A stretch of DNA of 63,940 nucleotides, counting the filler, from Octopus bimaculoides (Eukaryota), in the NCBI RefSeq assembly GCF_001194135.2. It is 8 parts of 7 records of this genome, joined end to end, with 100 filler letters (N's around TTAATTAATTAA, not from the genome) between each part and the next. Parts side by side here need not be neighbours in the genome. Positions count along the whole stretch, not along the records: positions 43,673 to 54,865 come from NC_068998.1; positions 54,966 to 62,755 come from NW_026390257.1; positions 62,856 to 63,940 come from NW_026306836.1; 5 more parts are not named here. The stretch is one strand, 5' to 3'. The notes beneath the pieces were generated by a model. That model was given only the letters and a program-made list of their open reading frames with translations, was not told the DNA's origin and made no database searches. Numbering within the stretch: the stretch's first letter is position 1; each line of letters opens with the position of its first letter. Made by a program: the position numbers and the translations under genes. Below are positions 52,528-63,940 of the stretch, in pieces.

Positions 52528-52932
52528 CAGCTGAACCAGACGCTCTAACTACTGGTCTAATGCCTCGAAAGAAAACACTGTTATCAATTTGAAGGTAACT
52601 TAAGCTTTAGACTTAAGCAACTAGGTCCTGCTAGAAATAGCGATCAAATTTCTCTCAAACTACATCTACATTTTAAAAAGGAACATATTCGATAATATAG
52701 CCTAGGATACACTGTTTCTGAAAAAAAACCGTTAAAATATGTGGTATTCAGGAGTTGGATGATTTGGAACAAAAGTCGAATGAATCACAGATGATCTGAA
52801 GTGAACATTAACACATCATAAAATATTTATAGGACCTAGTTGCTTAAGTCTAAAGCTTAAGTTACCTTCAAATTGATAACAGTGTTTTCTTTCGAGGCAT
52901 TAGACCAGTAGTTAGAGCGTCTGGTTCAGCTG
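52528..52932. repeat. Perfect 102-bp inverted repeat ending at a gap (likely assembly artefact)
   Basis: 52528-52629 is the exact reverse complement of 52831-52932. Confidence 0.85.
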
Positions 52933-53863
52933 NNNNNNNNNNNNNNNNNNNNNNNNNNNNNNNNNNNNNNNNNNNNNNNNNNNNNNNNNNNNNNNNNNNN
53001 NNNNNNNNNNNNNNNNNNNNNNNNNNNNNNNNNNNNNNNNNNNNNNNNNNNNNNNNNNNNNNNNNNNNNNNNNNNNNNNNNNNNNNNNNNNNNNNNNNNN
53101 NNNNNNNNNNNNNNNNNNNNNNNNNNNNNNNNNNNNNNNNNNNNNNNNNNNNNNNNNNNNNNNNNNNNNNNNNNNNNNNNNNNNNNNNNNNNNNNNNNNN
53201 NNNNNNNNNNNNNNNNNNNNNNNNNNNNNNNNNNNNNNNNNNNNNNNNNNNNNNNNNNNNNNNNNNNNNNNNNNNNNNNNNNNNNNNNNNNNNNNNNNNN
53301 NNNNNNNNAAAGGGAGATAATAAAGTAGTGGTGATCCCAAAACGAAGGTGCGCGTGCGTGTGTGAGAGCGTGTATGTGCCTGTGGAAGAGGGCTGGTGAC
53401 ATTGACGTATGTGCGTGTGCATGCGTAGGTGTGTAGATGATAGTGTAGATGCTGAGAAGTGGTCAGTGCTAGTGTGTGCGCTGGTGTGGGTGCTGGGAAG
53501 TGGTCAGCGCTAGTGTGTGCGGGGTGATGTGGTGTGGTGTAGTGTGGTATGGTGGTGTCTGGTGTGGTGGTATGTAGTGTGTGGTGTGGTGGCGTGTGGT
53601 TTAGTGTTGGGGTGTGGGGAGGCGAGAGTGGGAGAAGCAAGGGTGGGGTCTAAGGGATGGGATGTATAGGGATGGTGTAGTTGGAATGTGTAGGGGTGGG
53701 TAACGAGAGATGGAGTGACGATGAAGAGGGTAGAAGGTAGAAGCTGAGTAGGCGTGAAGAGAGGAAGTATGTGCCAGAGCAAGAGAGGGAAGGTGGATGG
53801 GGTGAAGTAGGTGTGAGAGGAAGAGAGAAGAGAGGTGGAGGGTTAGATGAAGAGGGGAGAAAA

Positions 53864-54100
53864 GTTGAGCCCATGCGGCGCAAAGGAGCGAAGAAAGAAG
53901 ATTAATCCCTGCTCACGGCGAAGACGGGACTCCGGATGGCCCCTGTGCAAGGACAATCCGAACACAGACAGTTGTTGTAAAGATTGACCGATAGAGCCGA
54001 AATGGCGCGAGACTGGGGCTGTCGTTGCCGAGACGGATGTCTCGGAGGTGTTTCGCGAACCGGTCAGCCAAGCGGCGTCCCGTTTGACCGATGTATAGAG
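53864..54100 (-). mobile_element. Penelope-like GIY-YIG endonuclease relic (second family)
   Basis: LYIGQTGRRLADRFAKHLRDI, one frameshift, then VSRHF...RLRREQGLIFFLRSFAPHGLN. Confidence 0.85.
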
Positions 54101-54833
54101 AAGGACAGAGAGAGCAAGAGATTCAGAAGATGACGTTGCTAGAAGTGCAGGTGAAGGAGTCTGATATGATAGGGTCGATGGTGGGTGCCTGTGAGGAGGG
54201 TGGTGTTGGAGAGGTAAGAGTAAGTGCGAGAACGTGACCATGTATAAGACCTAATTTTAGCGGTGTTTAGTAGAGAAGGTATGTAGTTCTAGAGTCGAAG
54301 TTTCACCAAGTATAAAAATCAATGTGTATCGATGCATCGTGTAAATGATTGTAGAATAATATTAATTGTCTATCAAGATGACCATTTATATGATTATTAT
54401 GTCAGTCGTTACAATATAGAAAATACAACTTCCTCGTGTTGTAGGTTGATAGTAAATTCATCTCTGTGTGTGACTACTCAAGAGAGGCAGAGTAATTAAA
54501 ATCTAGCTATGTAGAAGGGCTGATAGGCTAGCTCTCGCGCGGGTTGACCAGCATACTGAGAGAGTTGCTCTTCGAGGGACCAGAAGAGAGAGAACTTATT
54601 TGCTGTTGGGTTTCTATATATTCCTAACTAAACTAGGTCAAGCCAAAAACAAAGGATTTCTCCTCTGCATCAGTTCTGGATCATGTATGACTCGTAAAAG
54701 ATCAAGAGGTCAGCTTATTTTCATGTATCTCATAAATTTCTCAGTCTAACAGTCTGGAACAATAAGCCGATGACTTGTGGGAAAATATGGGTCCAGTTTC
54801 GAATTTTGGCTCAGAAATTTGTTAGCTGTTTGC

Positions 54834-54865
<32 letters not shown>

Positions 54866-56195
54866 NNNNNNNNNNNNNNNNNNNNNNNNNNNNNNNNNNN
54901 NNNNNNNNNTTAATTAATTAANNNNNNNNNNNNNNNNNNNNNNNNNNNNNNNNNNNNNNNNNNNNGATGGGAGGGCGGGCATACCGCGAGCTAAGAGAGC
55001 TTCGTCGTGGTTCTATCAGCATGTGTGTATGCATATATATGTATATGTAAGTATGTACATGTATGTAAGTATATATGCATATATATATATATATATTTAC
55101 AGTATTATATGATTGAACGCCACGCATCTATTCCCAAGTAAGTTTTATCTTAATAATTCTGATGCAACGCTATTCTAATCTCTCCTCGTTTCTCTTCCTC
55201 TTTATATTATTTTTATATTCTTTTTTCTCCCCTTTTTTACTCTCCCTTCCTTTCTCTAATTCTTCTCGCCTTTCATCCTTCTATATCTGTCCCCTCTCTC
55301 CCTCTTGCTTCCTCTTTGATTCCCTCGTTGCTCACACGGGACCAGCGGCTGTCTTTCTTCTCCTTCAGCTACAGGGACAGCACGCGTTTTTACTTTCCCC
55401 TGTAAAAGCTTATTTCTCCATCGTTATGACTTAACAGCCTTTACCGTTTGATTTCACTGTCCTATATATATATATATATATATATATNNNNNNNNNNNNN
55501 NNNNNNNNNNNNNNNNNNNNNNNNNNNNNNNNNNNNNNNNNNNNNNNNNNNNNNNNNNNNNNNNNNNNNNNNNNNNNNNNNNNNNNNNNNNNNNNNNNNN
55601 NNNNNNNNNNNNNNNNNNNNNNNNNNNNNNNNNNNNNNNNNNNNNNNNNNNNNNNNNNNNNNNNNNNNNNNNNNNNNNNNNNNNNNNNNNNNNNNNNNNN
55701 NNNNNNNNNNNNNNNNNNNNNNNNNNNNNNNNNNNNNNNNNNNNNNNNNNNNNNNNNNNNNNNNNNNNNNNNNNNNNNNNNNNNNNNNNNNNNNNNNNNN
55801 NNNNNNNNNNNNNNNNNNNNNNNNNNNNNNNNNNNNNNNNNNNNNNNNNNNNNNNNNNNNNNNNNNNNNNNNNNNNNNNNNNNNNNNNNNNNNNNNNNNN
55901 NNNNNNNNNNNNNNNNNNNNNNNNNNNNNNNNNNTATTTTCTTTTATAGCATATAAGTGTTTATTGTGGGAAATATTTTGAAAGGCATTTTTATAAATTT
56001 AAAAGATTAAAAATTGTTTATAAAAATAATTTATGAAAAATATCCTTGTCAGAGGATAAAGCTAGAATGATCAGAAGAAATTTAAAAAAAAAGTCCAATT
56101 TGTATTTTTCTTTTCGTGGTTTCGTTGTTCTGAAGCAAAATTTTTTTCTAAAACATATTTGAAAAGATGTTTCAGTAGCGTCTTACTGATACCAA

Positions 56196-57130
56196 TCATG
56201 TTTGGAGAGAGTCATGTGCCATGTGCCATGGAACGGTCCTGAAATTAAAAGGAAACATATACATGGTGAATATTTGTTTCTTCCAAAAGTCAATTATATT
56301 ATAGCGGAGACAAGTTGTGAAAGAGGGAGACCGAGGAGGACATGGAATGAAATATTGAGGGCTGTTCAGAAAATAAAATTGAGTCATGCGAAGGACATGA
56401 CAGGAGATTCAATGCAAATGAGATGCAAAGGGTGGAGAGGAAAAAGCTTCTATGCTCTGCTGGATGTGCAATGTCAGTTGCACATCATGCAATATTAGTG
56501 CGACAGAGCACTGATGTATTGAGAGAGAAGTTGGGCATAAGATGAATTTTATGCAGCGTGCAAAAGAAACAACTTCGCTGGTTTGGACATGCGATGCAGA
56601 TTGATGAGGACAGTTGCATAAAGAAGTGTTGATCACTTCAAATGGAGGTAAGCTGCGGAACCGGGAGACCCAGGAAGATGTGGTAAGAAGAAGTGAAATT
56701 TGATCTCAAAACTCTGAGCTTTACATAAGAGAGAATAATTGGGCGTAAAGGGAATTATATGAAGTGTGCAATGGAGAAGACTGCGCGGGTTTAGTCATGT
56801 GATGAGGATGGATGAGGGCACTAGCGTAAAAGAAGTGCTGATTGTATGAAATAGAGGGATTTGCGGGAGGGAGACACCAAAAGGCATTGGATGAAAAGCT
56901 GGATCATTCTAGATGTGACAGAGATGTGACAGAGAAGCGAAATATGGGATACATTCTTACTCAAGAAGACCCACAGTCATTAAGAGAATTGAGATCCTAA
57001 ACCAAAGTGCCACGTAAAAAGCATTAGGGTCTGTGATTTTGATACGTGAAAAGCTCGGGTGCTGGTGCCACGTAAAAATCACAGGTGCCAGGGAGAAATT
57101 ACTAGTGATGGTGCCACGTTACAACAGACG
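56196..57130 (+). mobile_element. Three tandem decayed RTE 3' ends plus tgccacgtaaaa tail repeats
   Basis: GRPRRTW at about 56325; WFGHAMQIDEDSCIKKC...GRPRKMW at about 56580; similar motif again at about 56790. Confidence 0.65.
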
Positions 57131-57149
57131 TGGAGATGTGGGTTACATG

Positions 57150-57830
57150 TTTATAGCTGTCGACGGTGTCCTCTACGAGTATTATCCTCCATTTTGTGAG
57201 TTGATAGATGCGAGAACAGTCCGATCCTGGAATGGAATGTCCTTGAACAGGGATAACAATGGAAGTTGCCCATTATGTTGTGGGGGAGTCTGAGATGACG
57301 TCTCTTTTCATCAAGTTTCTCAAGTTGGATTCGTTCAAAAAATAAGGCTCCTCCGTCACAGAAGGCGCGCCAAGTTTGCCGGTTCAGAGCAATGTGTTCA
57401 AATTGTGCCGGTTGATTGTTGCAAGAGTTGTGAAGCTGCTTAAGATGGACCCTGAACATCTTCCGGGGTCCCCTGTAAGGCCGAACACCGGCTGACAGCG
57501 CTCTGAAGGAGACCGTTTTCGAGAAACGATTGTGAAGTATCCTGAACACCTGACCGACCCATCTTTGAAAACAGCGGTGGATCATTGCTTCAACACTGGA
57601 GATTTGTTATTGCTGGAGAATTTCTGTGTGGACGACCTTATCTTTACAAGAAATGCAGAAAATTCGTTGGAAACAATGGATGTGAAATGCCTCCCATTTT
57701 TTCATATGATGTTGGTATAAGGTCCCGCATTCGCAGCCATACAGTAATGCTGAAATGAAAACGGCGCGATAGAGAGCAATCTTTGTGGAAAGCTTCAGAT
57801 TTCTGTTTAAAAACACTTGTTCTCGGGGGC
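57150..57830 (-). mobile_element. RTE-clade (BovB-like) LINE 3' fragment with C-terminal C2H2 finger
   Basis: TKIALYRAVFISALLYGCE; RWVGQVFR; CYPCSRTFHSRIGLFSHLSTH. Confidence 0.85.
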
Positions 57831-58789
57831 GACTGTAGGATGAGGTAGGGGAATGGAGATAAAGGTGGTTCGGTGGTGGTATGTGAAATGTGTAATTCTT
57901 TTGTTTACTAAGTGCTTCTCTGTCTTAGTTAACCCATCTATAACGCTTTTACTTGATTAGTTGAAGGGAAAAGCGAAGAGTAAAACAAAAACGCAGAGAG
58001 GAAAAGTAGGTAAAGCGAAGAGTGAGAGAGAAAGAGGGAGAGTGCTGTGTATTAATTCTATAAAATCGTGCATAAAGTATATAAAATGTATATATAAAGA
58101 GCATTAACTAATCACCGTCCTCCAGTTTCCTTCATATGTCAATGGTTAGAAGATGAACGACTGTCATTTGATACAGACAAAACACAGTTTTCAGAAATTC
58201 CATGAAATTTTCATGGGTTTCTCTAAATGAGTCTTTCACTTTTCAAAGATTAGCAGATGAGCGATTATCTTTTGATACAGACAAAACAATGGTTACGCCT
58301 TCAGCTATTCAGGATAAAGTTTTCAGAAAATAACCTAATAAGTTTACAATTAATTCCCTGAAATTTTCACGTACTATTATGCACTGCTAGAAAAGACAGT
58401 CAAAACATCTCTTAGCCACGGTAAAGCACTTGTCTTATGATATACAAGGGAGGTATGCACACTACAGCATCCGAGACATAGAGATATCTTCAGTGATTTT
58501 GCATCTGTACCCATTGGTCTAGGCTTAAGCTGGCTTCCCTTGTCCGTTTAAAAGGTTTACGGTAGTAATCTCACTCTGTTTTCATAAATGATCAATTTGA
58601 AAATAATAAATTTATAAGTTGGCTTATCCGCAATTTAGAAGTGAAAGGCAGAACTATACGTGCCACTAAACTAAGATTTCTGGTTGACCTCAGTATTGCT
58701 AGAAATAACAGACAAAACAAATCTTGCCCATGATATAACTCTAATCTATCTAACTATCCATCAATCTACAGACAGATAGACAGATGTGG

Positions 58790-58930
58790 TGGCACATGGC
58801 CTAGTGGTTGGAGCAGCGGACTCGCGGTCGAGGGATCGCGAGTTCGTATCCCAAACCAGGCGATGTGTCTGTTTATGAGCGAAACACCTAAGCTTCACGC
58901 GGCTCCAGCAGAAGATTATTGCGAACTTCT
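58790..58930 (+). mobile_element. tRNA-derived SINE head
   Basis: tggcctagtggt (box A) and gagttcgtatccc (box B); no complete cloverleaf. Confidence 0.65.
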
Positions 58931-58959
58931 GCTGACTCTTTCGCCACAAATTTCCCTCA

Positions 58960-59530
58960 CTCAGTTAATATTGATATCTCCCTTCGCAATGGTTCAATCT
59001 CAGTTTCAATTCTACTCCTCCAGTTTGATTTTCTTTTCGAATTTGGTATCGTTGGCTTTTTGGGTGTTGAACGGCGTCTTTCGATTACCTTAGCAACAGA
59101 GTAAATAATTTCATTTAACTTATTAAGATCGGGTTTAGTTGTTGTATGATTTCTTGTGTAACGCAGTTGCCAATTTTTATCTGCGTTTTATGTTGGTGTG
59201 CATTTGGGAGTTTATGGAGTGGTTCCCTTTCATTGATATTTGTATGCCTTACAACTGCAAGCTCATTCAGAACTTCCTGCTTCATTTCAATGATAGATTT
59301 TCTGTGTTGTTCAGCAAATATTTTGGTCTTCAAATTCTGTTTCGACATCAATTTCCTGGCTGTTTTTCCCAGGGTCATTATATTCTCCTTTTTCCTCGGG
59401 CTCTTGAGTGGTTTCTGCAGATGGTCAACTTTCAGTCAATGCTTGTGGTCCAACATTCCTCTCCTCTGCTTCGTTATTTCTTTCCTGACTTATATTTAGG
59501 TCATTCTCTACCGCTTTTTTAATAGAGGTC
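58960..59530 (-). mobile_element. R4/Dong-like N-terminal region relic
   Basis: SNWRSRIETEIEPLRREISILTE resembles the W-x-x-R-I-E...L-R...I-S motif upstream of R4/Dong RT. Confidence 0.5.
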
Positions 59531-60029
59531 AATTCTGCATCTGTGAGTCTGATATTTTTGAGGATATCTCTTCTAACATTTGCTAATCTGTTTTCATCTA
59601 GATTTGGTNNNNNNNNNNNNNNNNNNNNNNNNNNNNNNNNNNNNNNNNNNNNNNNNNNNNNNNNNNNNNNNNNNNNNNNNNNNNNNNNNNNNNNNNNNNN
59701 NNNNNNNNNNNNNNNNNNNNNNNNNNNNNNNNNNNNNNNNNNNNNNNNNNNNNNNNNNNNNNNNNNNNNNNNNNNNNNNNNNNNNNNNNNNNNNNNNNNN
59801 NNNNNNNNNNNNNNNNNNNNNNNNNNNNNNNNNNNNNNNNNNNNNNNNNNNNNNNNNNNNNNNNNNNNNNNNNNNNNNNNGGCGCGCTTCCATTATAACC
59901 ATTGGACAAGCGATTTGGTGTACTGTTTGAAATTTTCTTTTCTTTTTAAGTAAAGTTAAATTATAATTAAATTTTCATTAAAAAAACTTTTTTTAACCCC
60001 TAATCTTCATACAGGGGCAGCGTTTATCA

Positions 60030-60255
60030 TCATTAGCAGCAGCAGCAGCACCACCAGTAGTTGTAGTAGCAGCAGCAACATCACTATCAGCAGCAGCAGC
60101 GGCAGTGGTGATAGTAGTAGTAGTGTCAACAGCAACAGCAGCAGTACCAGTAGCAGGACCAGCAGCAGTAGTAGTAGCAATTGTAGCAGTAGCAGCAGCA
60201 GCTGTAGAAGTAGTGGTGGCAGTAGTCGCAGCAGCAGCGGTGGTAGCAGCAGTAC
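60030..60255. repeat. (CAG)/(TAG) trinucleotide array
   Basis: Directly visible. Confidence 0.95.
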
Positions 60256-60479
60256 TAACATTTTCGTTAGTTTTCTTTCAATTTTCTGACTTGCGCAATA
60301 CGTTACCAAATATATTTTCTTTCCGTCTAGGTTTTCACCCTCTTGTATATCTTGTGTGTCTGTGTTTGTATGTCTGTGCGTCTGTGTGTTTGTATGTCTG
60401 TGCATTTGTGCATTTGTGTGTCTGTGCTTCTATTTTTCCTTGGTGATTTCGCTCTGTTTGTGTTGTTTTCTTTTTTTTC

Positions 60480-61330
60480 TTTTTGGTGATACTGTGGCAC
60501 ATTGGGGTCAGCTCATCATTGTTTCTGCTTGTCTTGGGTATGATTCTGCTTCCTGTGTCTTGTGATTCTTCTTCTGTAATTCCTCCTTCGGAGGGGTTTC
60601 TCTCCTCTCTCTCTTTCTTGTTTTTACTTCTGTGAATTCTTGTTTCTGTTCCGTATCTCGGGTCGTCTGCCCCGTTTCCAAGTCCTGTACCTCTATTTCT
60701 GCAACCTGTTTTACTTGTTTGGGACAGCTTTTCTTGATATGTCCCTTCTCCCCACAAGAATAACAGGTCGGTAGCCTTCCATCCAGCATTACTTCTAGGT
60801 TGCCCCATTGGGCAGCTCTACCGTCTCTGGTATTCCACCATATTCTACTTGGTTTATCATGAAGAACATCTCCAGCCTGTAACCCCAACAATTTATTTGT
60901 TGGGTCCGTGTTACCAGGATAATTTGCACGTCCTCGTCTCCTCCTTCATCACCGACGGCGAGCACCGCTTCCATCAGCCACCCGGACTTAATTTTAGGTG
61001 GAATCCAGCCTATCCTGACCCTGGTAGCACGTTTGCATAGGTAGTTAGGCAAGAGTGTCCATTCGTCCGAGTGTAACGCCACAGTGGAGTACCTTCTTGC
61101 CTCCTCTTCGGAGACAAAAGTAACCGCCATTGTACCGTACCTTCTTCCACTGGTATAAAAGCCAATATTATCGTTAATATCTTCGAGGCACGTGTCTACT
61201 TCTTCCTGCGTCGCAATCTCTATTCTTTTCTTGCTTTTGGAAAACGTTCTCTAGACTATCCCTCTTCTTTCCAATTTCTTTATATCTTCTTCTTGGGTGG
61301 GAGTCAACTTTATGTTAAACCCTTTTCTCT
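60480..61330 (-). mobile_element. Tx1/L1-like ORF1 pseudogene with CCHC knuckle
   Basis: GRRYGTMAVTFVSEEEARRY...LPNYLCKRATRVRIG...LDGRLPTCYSCGEKGHIKKSC; stops and frameshifts. Confidence 0.7.
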
Positions 61331-61899
61331 TTATCATATCTTGGTATTTTGCAACAAGTTTCCCTTTGAAAGCCACTTCATGCTGCTCCAGCAAACTAGG
61401 ATCTACAGCAACCTGTCTTCCAGTCGCTGCAGTGTAGTTTTCCCTTCCATTGGGATACCTTTTGCAACTGAAAACAATTAAAGTTACAAGCCAACAAATA
61501 AGGATGGCGTTACACACATAACATTGCCTTCTTGATACCACTCACAAAAAGCAGTGGGGAATTCACTAATAACACCTGCACCACGTTTGATAGAGAAAAA
61601 GAAAGAAAAGTCAAGTAGATGCCGCCAACACTACCACTGACAGGAACAAGCAAATCAACGACGAGCAAAATAACGAAAGAAATAGTCGCACGAGCGAAAA
61701 TAACAAATCAAGCAGACACGGTTTCGCTTCCACGGCGAAACAAAAGCGAGAAAAATTGAAACTCACATTAGAGAATTTCAAAAATTCAAAGGAGCGTGAG
61801 TGAAGCAAGGCAATAATGTCTAACTAAATACCCGAAAAGTAATTATAATGGGCACAAATTGTTAAACAATTACTTATAAATGTATAAACAAGAAAAGAA

Positions 61900-62700
61900 A
61901 AGGCTTGGGGAAGAGCAACACATGAACAGCTAGAATTGATAATGAAGCCGATATGGAAGAACAAAACTTATGTTACAAGAGGGAAACGATTCGGCAGTAT
62001 GGAAGTGCGCTTTGCAACGGAGGAAGAAGCTAGAAAACATCCCACACCTCCACTAATATCGGAGGACCTGATACTTGTGCCGACATATCTTGGTCGGCGG
62101 CTTACAAAAATTAAAATTGGGGAGTTACCCCCTGAAATAAATATATGCTGACTGGTGGCAGCTGTCCTCTTCGATATAGAGGACACCAGTAGTATAGTGG
62201 AGGCGCATAAATTGCACCAACAAAATTGGATGGGTCAGGGATTGGAGCTTCTTGTACAAATTGAACAAGAGACCCTAAATTCTATCCATGACGCCATAAA
62301 CTTACCAGACTGTACAAGGTTGCACGTCGCGGTGGAGGGCAGACGGTCAAGGTGCTACATTTGTGGGAACGATCACCACCTCAAGGTCGACTGCACTAAA
62401 CCTAAAGAGATACAAAAGAAGCTGCAAGCGACAGCAGAAGCAGGGGCACCTCCACAGCAGCAGCAGCAACCAGCTCCATCACCACCAACAGCGACGGTGC
62501 CTCCAGCCGTCGCCAGGGCACCACCAACCCCAATAAAACCGGACGGAATACTACCACCAACACCAGTCGGAGTACCACCACTATCACCACCACCACCACC
62601 ACCAACAACAACATTTGAACCCAAGCGAGACGAACAACCACAGAATATTCCTCTTCCCGACTGAAATAACCCGAACTGTTCAAGTATTGAGGCCGAGAAG
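61900..62700 (+). mobile_element. Tx1/L1-like ORF1 (paralogous subfamily) with CCHC knuckle and Pro-rich tail
   Basis: GKRFGSMEVRFATEEEARKH...VPTYLGRRLTKIKIG...VEGRRSRCYICGNDHHLKVDC; in-frame stop at about 62149. Confidence 0.7.
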
Positions 62701-62869
62701 GGAGAGTGGCCAATTGTTCCCCCATCCAAAATAGGAAAAGAAAGATAGTAGAAAANNNNNNNNNNNNNNNNNNNNNNNNNNNNNNNNNNNNNNNNNNNNT
62801 TAATTAATTAANNNNNNNNNNNNNNNNNNNNNNNNNNNNNNNNNNNNNNNNNNNNCCTTCCTTCATTAT

Positions 62870-63760
62870 CATTCTCGAACACTCAATAAATGCGTATTCG
62901 TGTGACATTCTAGGTACCAGGTAGAGAATTTCAGGCTTTGCGTCACCCACGACTGCAGCGTAGTCAAGGAGAAATACTTCACAGAGTCCACACAGATTAC
63001 CGTCAAGAAATCGTTGCAGGTATCGCAATATCAACGCGTGTCTGAGCATCAACAGCCAGAGCATGCCTAGGCCGCCATACAGAGGGTAATCCAGCAGACA
63101 ACTGGAAGTTTTTAAGCAGGTTTACAAGTGTTCACATTCCTCTTATAATGTACTAGCACTGTAGAGTCCTTCCATCCGTCAAATTCTAATCTAGTCTCTT
63201 ACAAGTAATAAAGTGTGAGATTGACTTCTGAAGAAATCTGTGTTTCCAGCTTTTGTCAATGTGTAAAGGGTGACAATTCTGAAGGCACTACCCCCGTTGA
63301 TATTCACGTCCAGCAGCACCAAGACTACGACGAAGATGACACCACCACAGCCACTACAATCAACGAGTCAGTGCAATCAACGAGTCAGTGCAATCAACGA
63401 GTCAGTGCAATCAACGAGTCAGTGTAATCAACGAGTCAGTGCAATGAACAAGTCAGTGCAATGAACGAGTCGGTGCAACGGGTCAGGTTTGATCGAAAGA
63501 AGAACTTAGGTCATTGTTGCTGTTGGTTTGGGGAGCAGGAAATTTTGGAAGAGCTTGCTCCTCGGTGGAATGAGGGAGCAAACATTTCCGCTGCCAATGT
63601 TGAGGTGTAGGAATCCTCAGCCGTTCATGGTGTTGTTGTAGATGGGGTTGTGGTGTTATCAACAGATGTCGCTTCAGATTCTCCAATTGAAGATAGAAAG
63701 GTGAGTGTAAGGCTGTTGATAGAGAGTTGGCCAGTTGTAGCAACTTCACACAATATCTCC
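62870..63760 (-). mobile_element. Probable internally deleted Tx1-like element (ORF1 tail, EN start, post-RT fragment)
   Basis: ETRL (EN-like) near 63195; PLYGGLGMLWLLMLRHALILRYL resembles the GGLG region after Tx1 RT. Confidence 0.5.
63357..63475. repeat. Minisatellite, 7 x 17 bp (caatcaacgagtcagtg)
   Basis: Units start at 63357, 63374, 63391, 63408, 63425, 63442 and 63459; the last three diverge. Confidence 0.95.
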
Positions 63761-63940
63761 ATGGAATCTGACGGGAGAGGAAATGTTGATGGAAAGCAAA
63801 ACACCAAAGACAGAAAGAACATTACACACACAAACACACATGTGTGTATAAGTGTGTGTGCGTGTGTGTGTGTGTCTGTGTGCTTGTGTGTGTATGCGTG
63901 TGTATGCCGGGGCGATTAATGCTCTGTTTATCTTCGAATT

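Noticed and set aside
52528-52932. Perfect 102-bp inverted repeat
   Set aside because: Zero mismatches, read-length size and termination exactly at a gap point to a gap-filling artefact.
63357-63475. Possible CRISPR-like array
   Set aside because: Units are contiguous with no unique spacers; eukaryotic context and no cas genes.

Overview
Eukaryotic, AT-rich, microsatellite-dense draft-assembly window with about 18 N-gaps. The repeat content resembles an octopus (coleoid cephalopod) genome; this is inference from repeat families, not a database result. One host gene is clearly supported: three consecutive + strand exons (44447-44601, 47133-47246, 51585-51716) of an M1-family zinc aminopeptidase of the aminopeptidase N/A type. 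They carry GXMEN (here GGMEN), HEXXH-X18-E and the downstream catalytic Tyr. Its other exons are not visible. The rest is mostly decayed mobile DNA: tRNA-derived SINEs, R4/Dong-like, RTE, Tx1/L1-like and Penelope-like (PLE) retroelements, plus Tc1 and mariner relics. Five signals are not explained by ordinary annotation. (1) About eight hammerhead-ribozyme-like motifs from several unrelated sequence families, three with intact catalytic cores. (2) A 1.2-kb foldback carrying a sense/antisense hammerhead pair. (3) A PHD-like zinc finger embedded inside an RTE reverse transcriptase. (4) Two CpG-depleted domains that may mark a hidden methylated gene body. (5) A head-to-head pair of Tx1-like ORF1s. 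All structures were read by eye; no folding or database search was run, and repeat boundaries are approximate.
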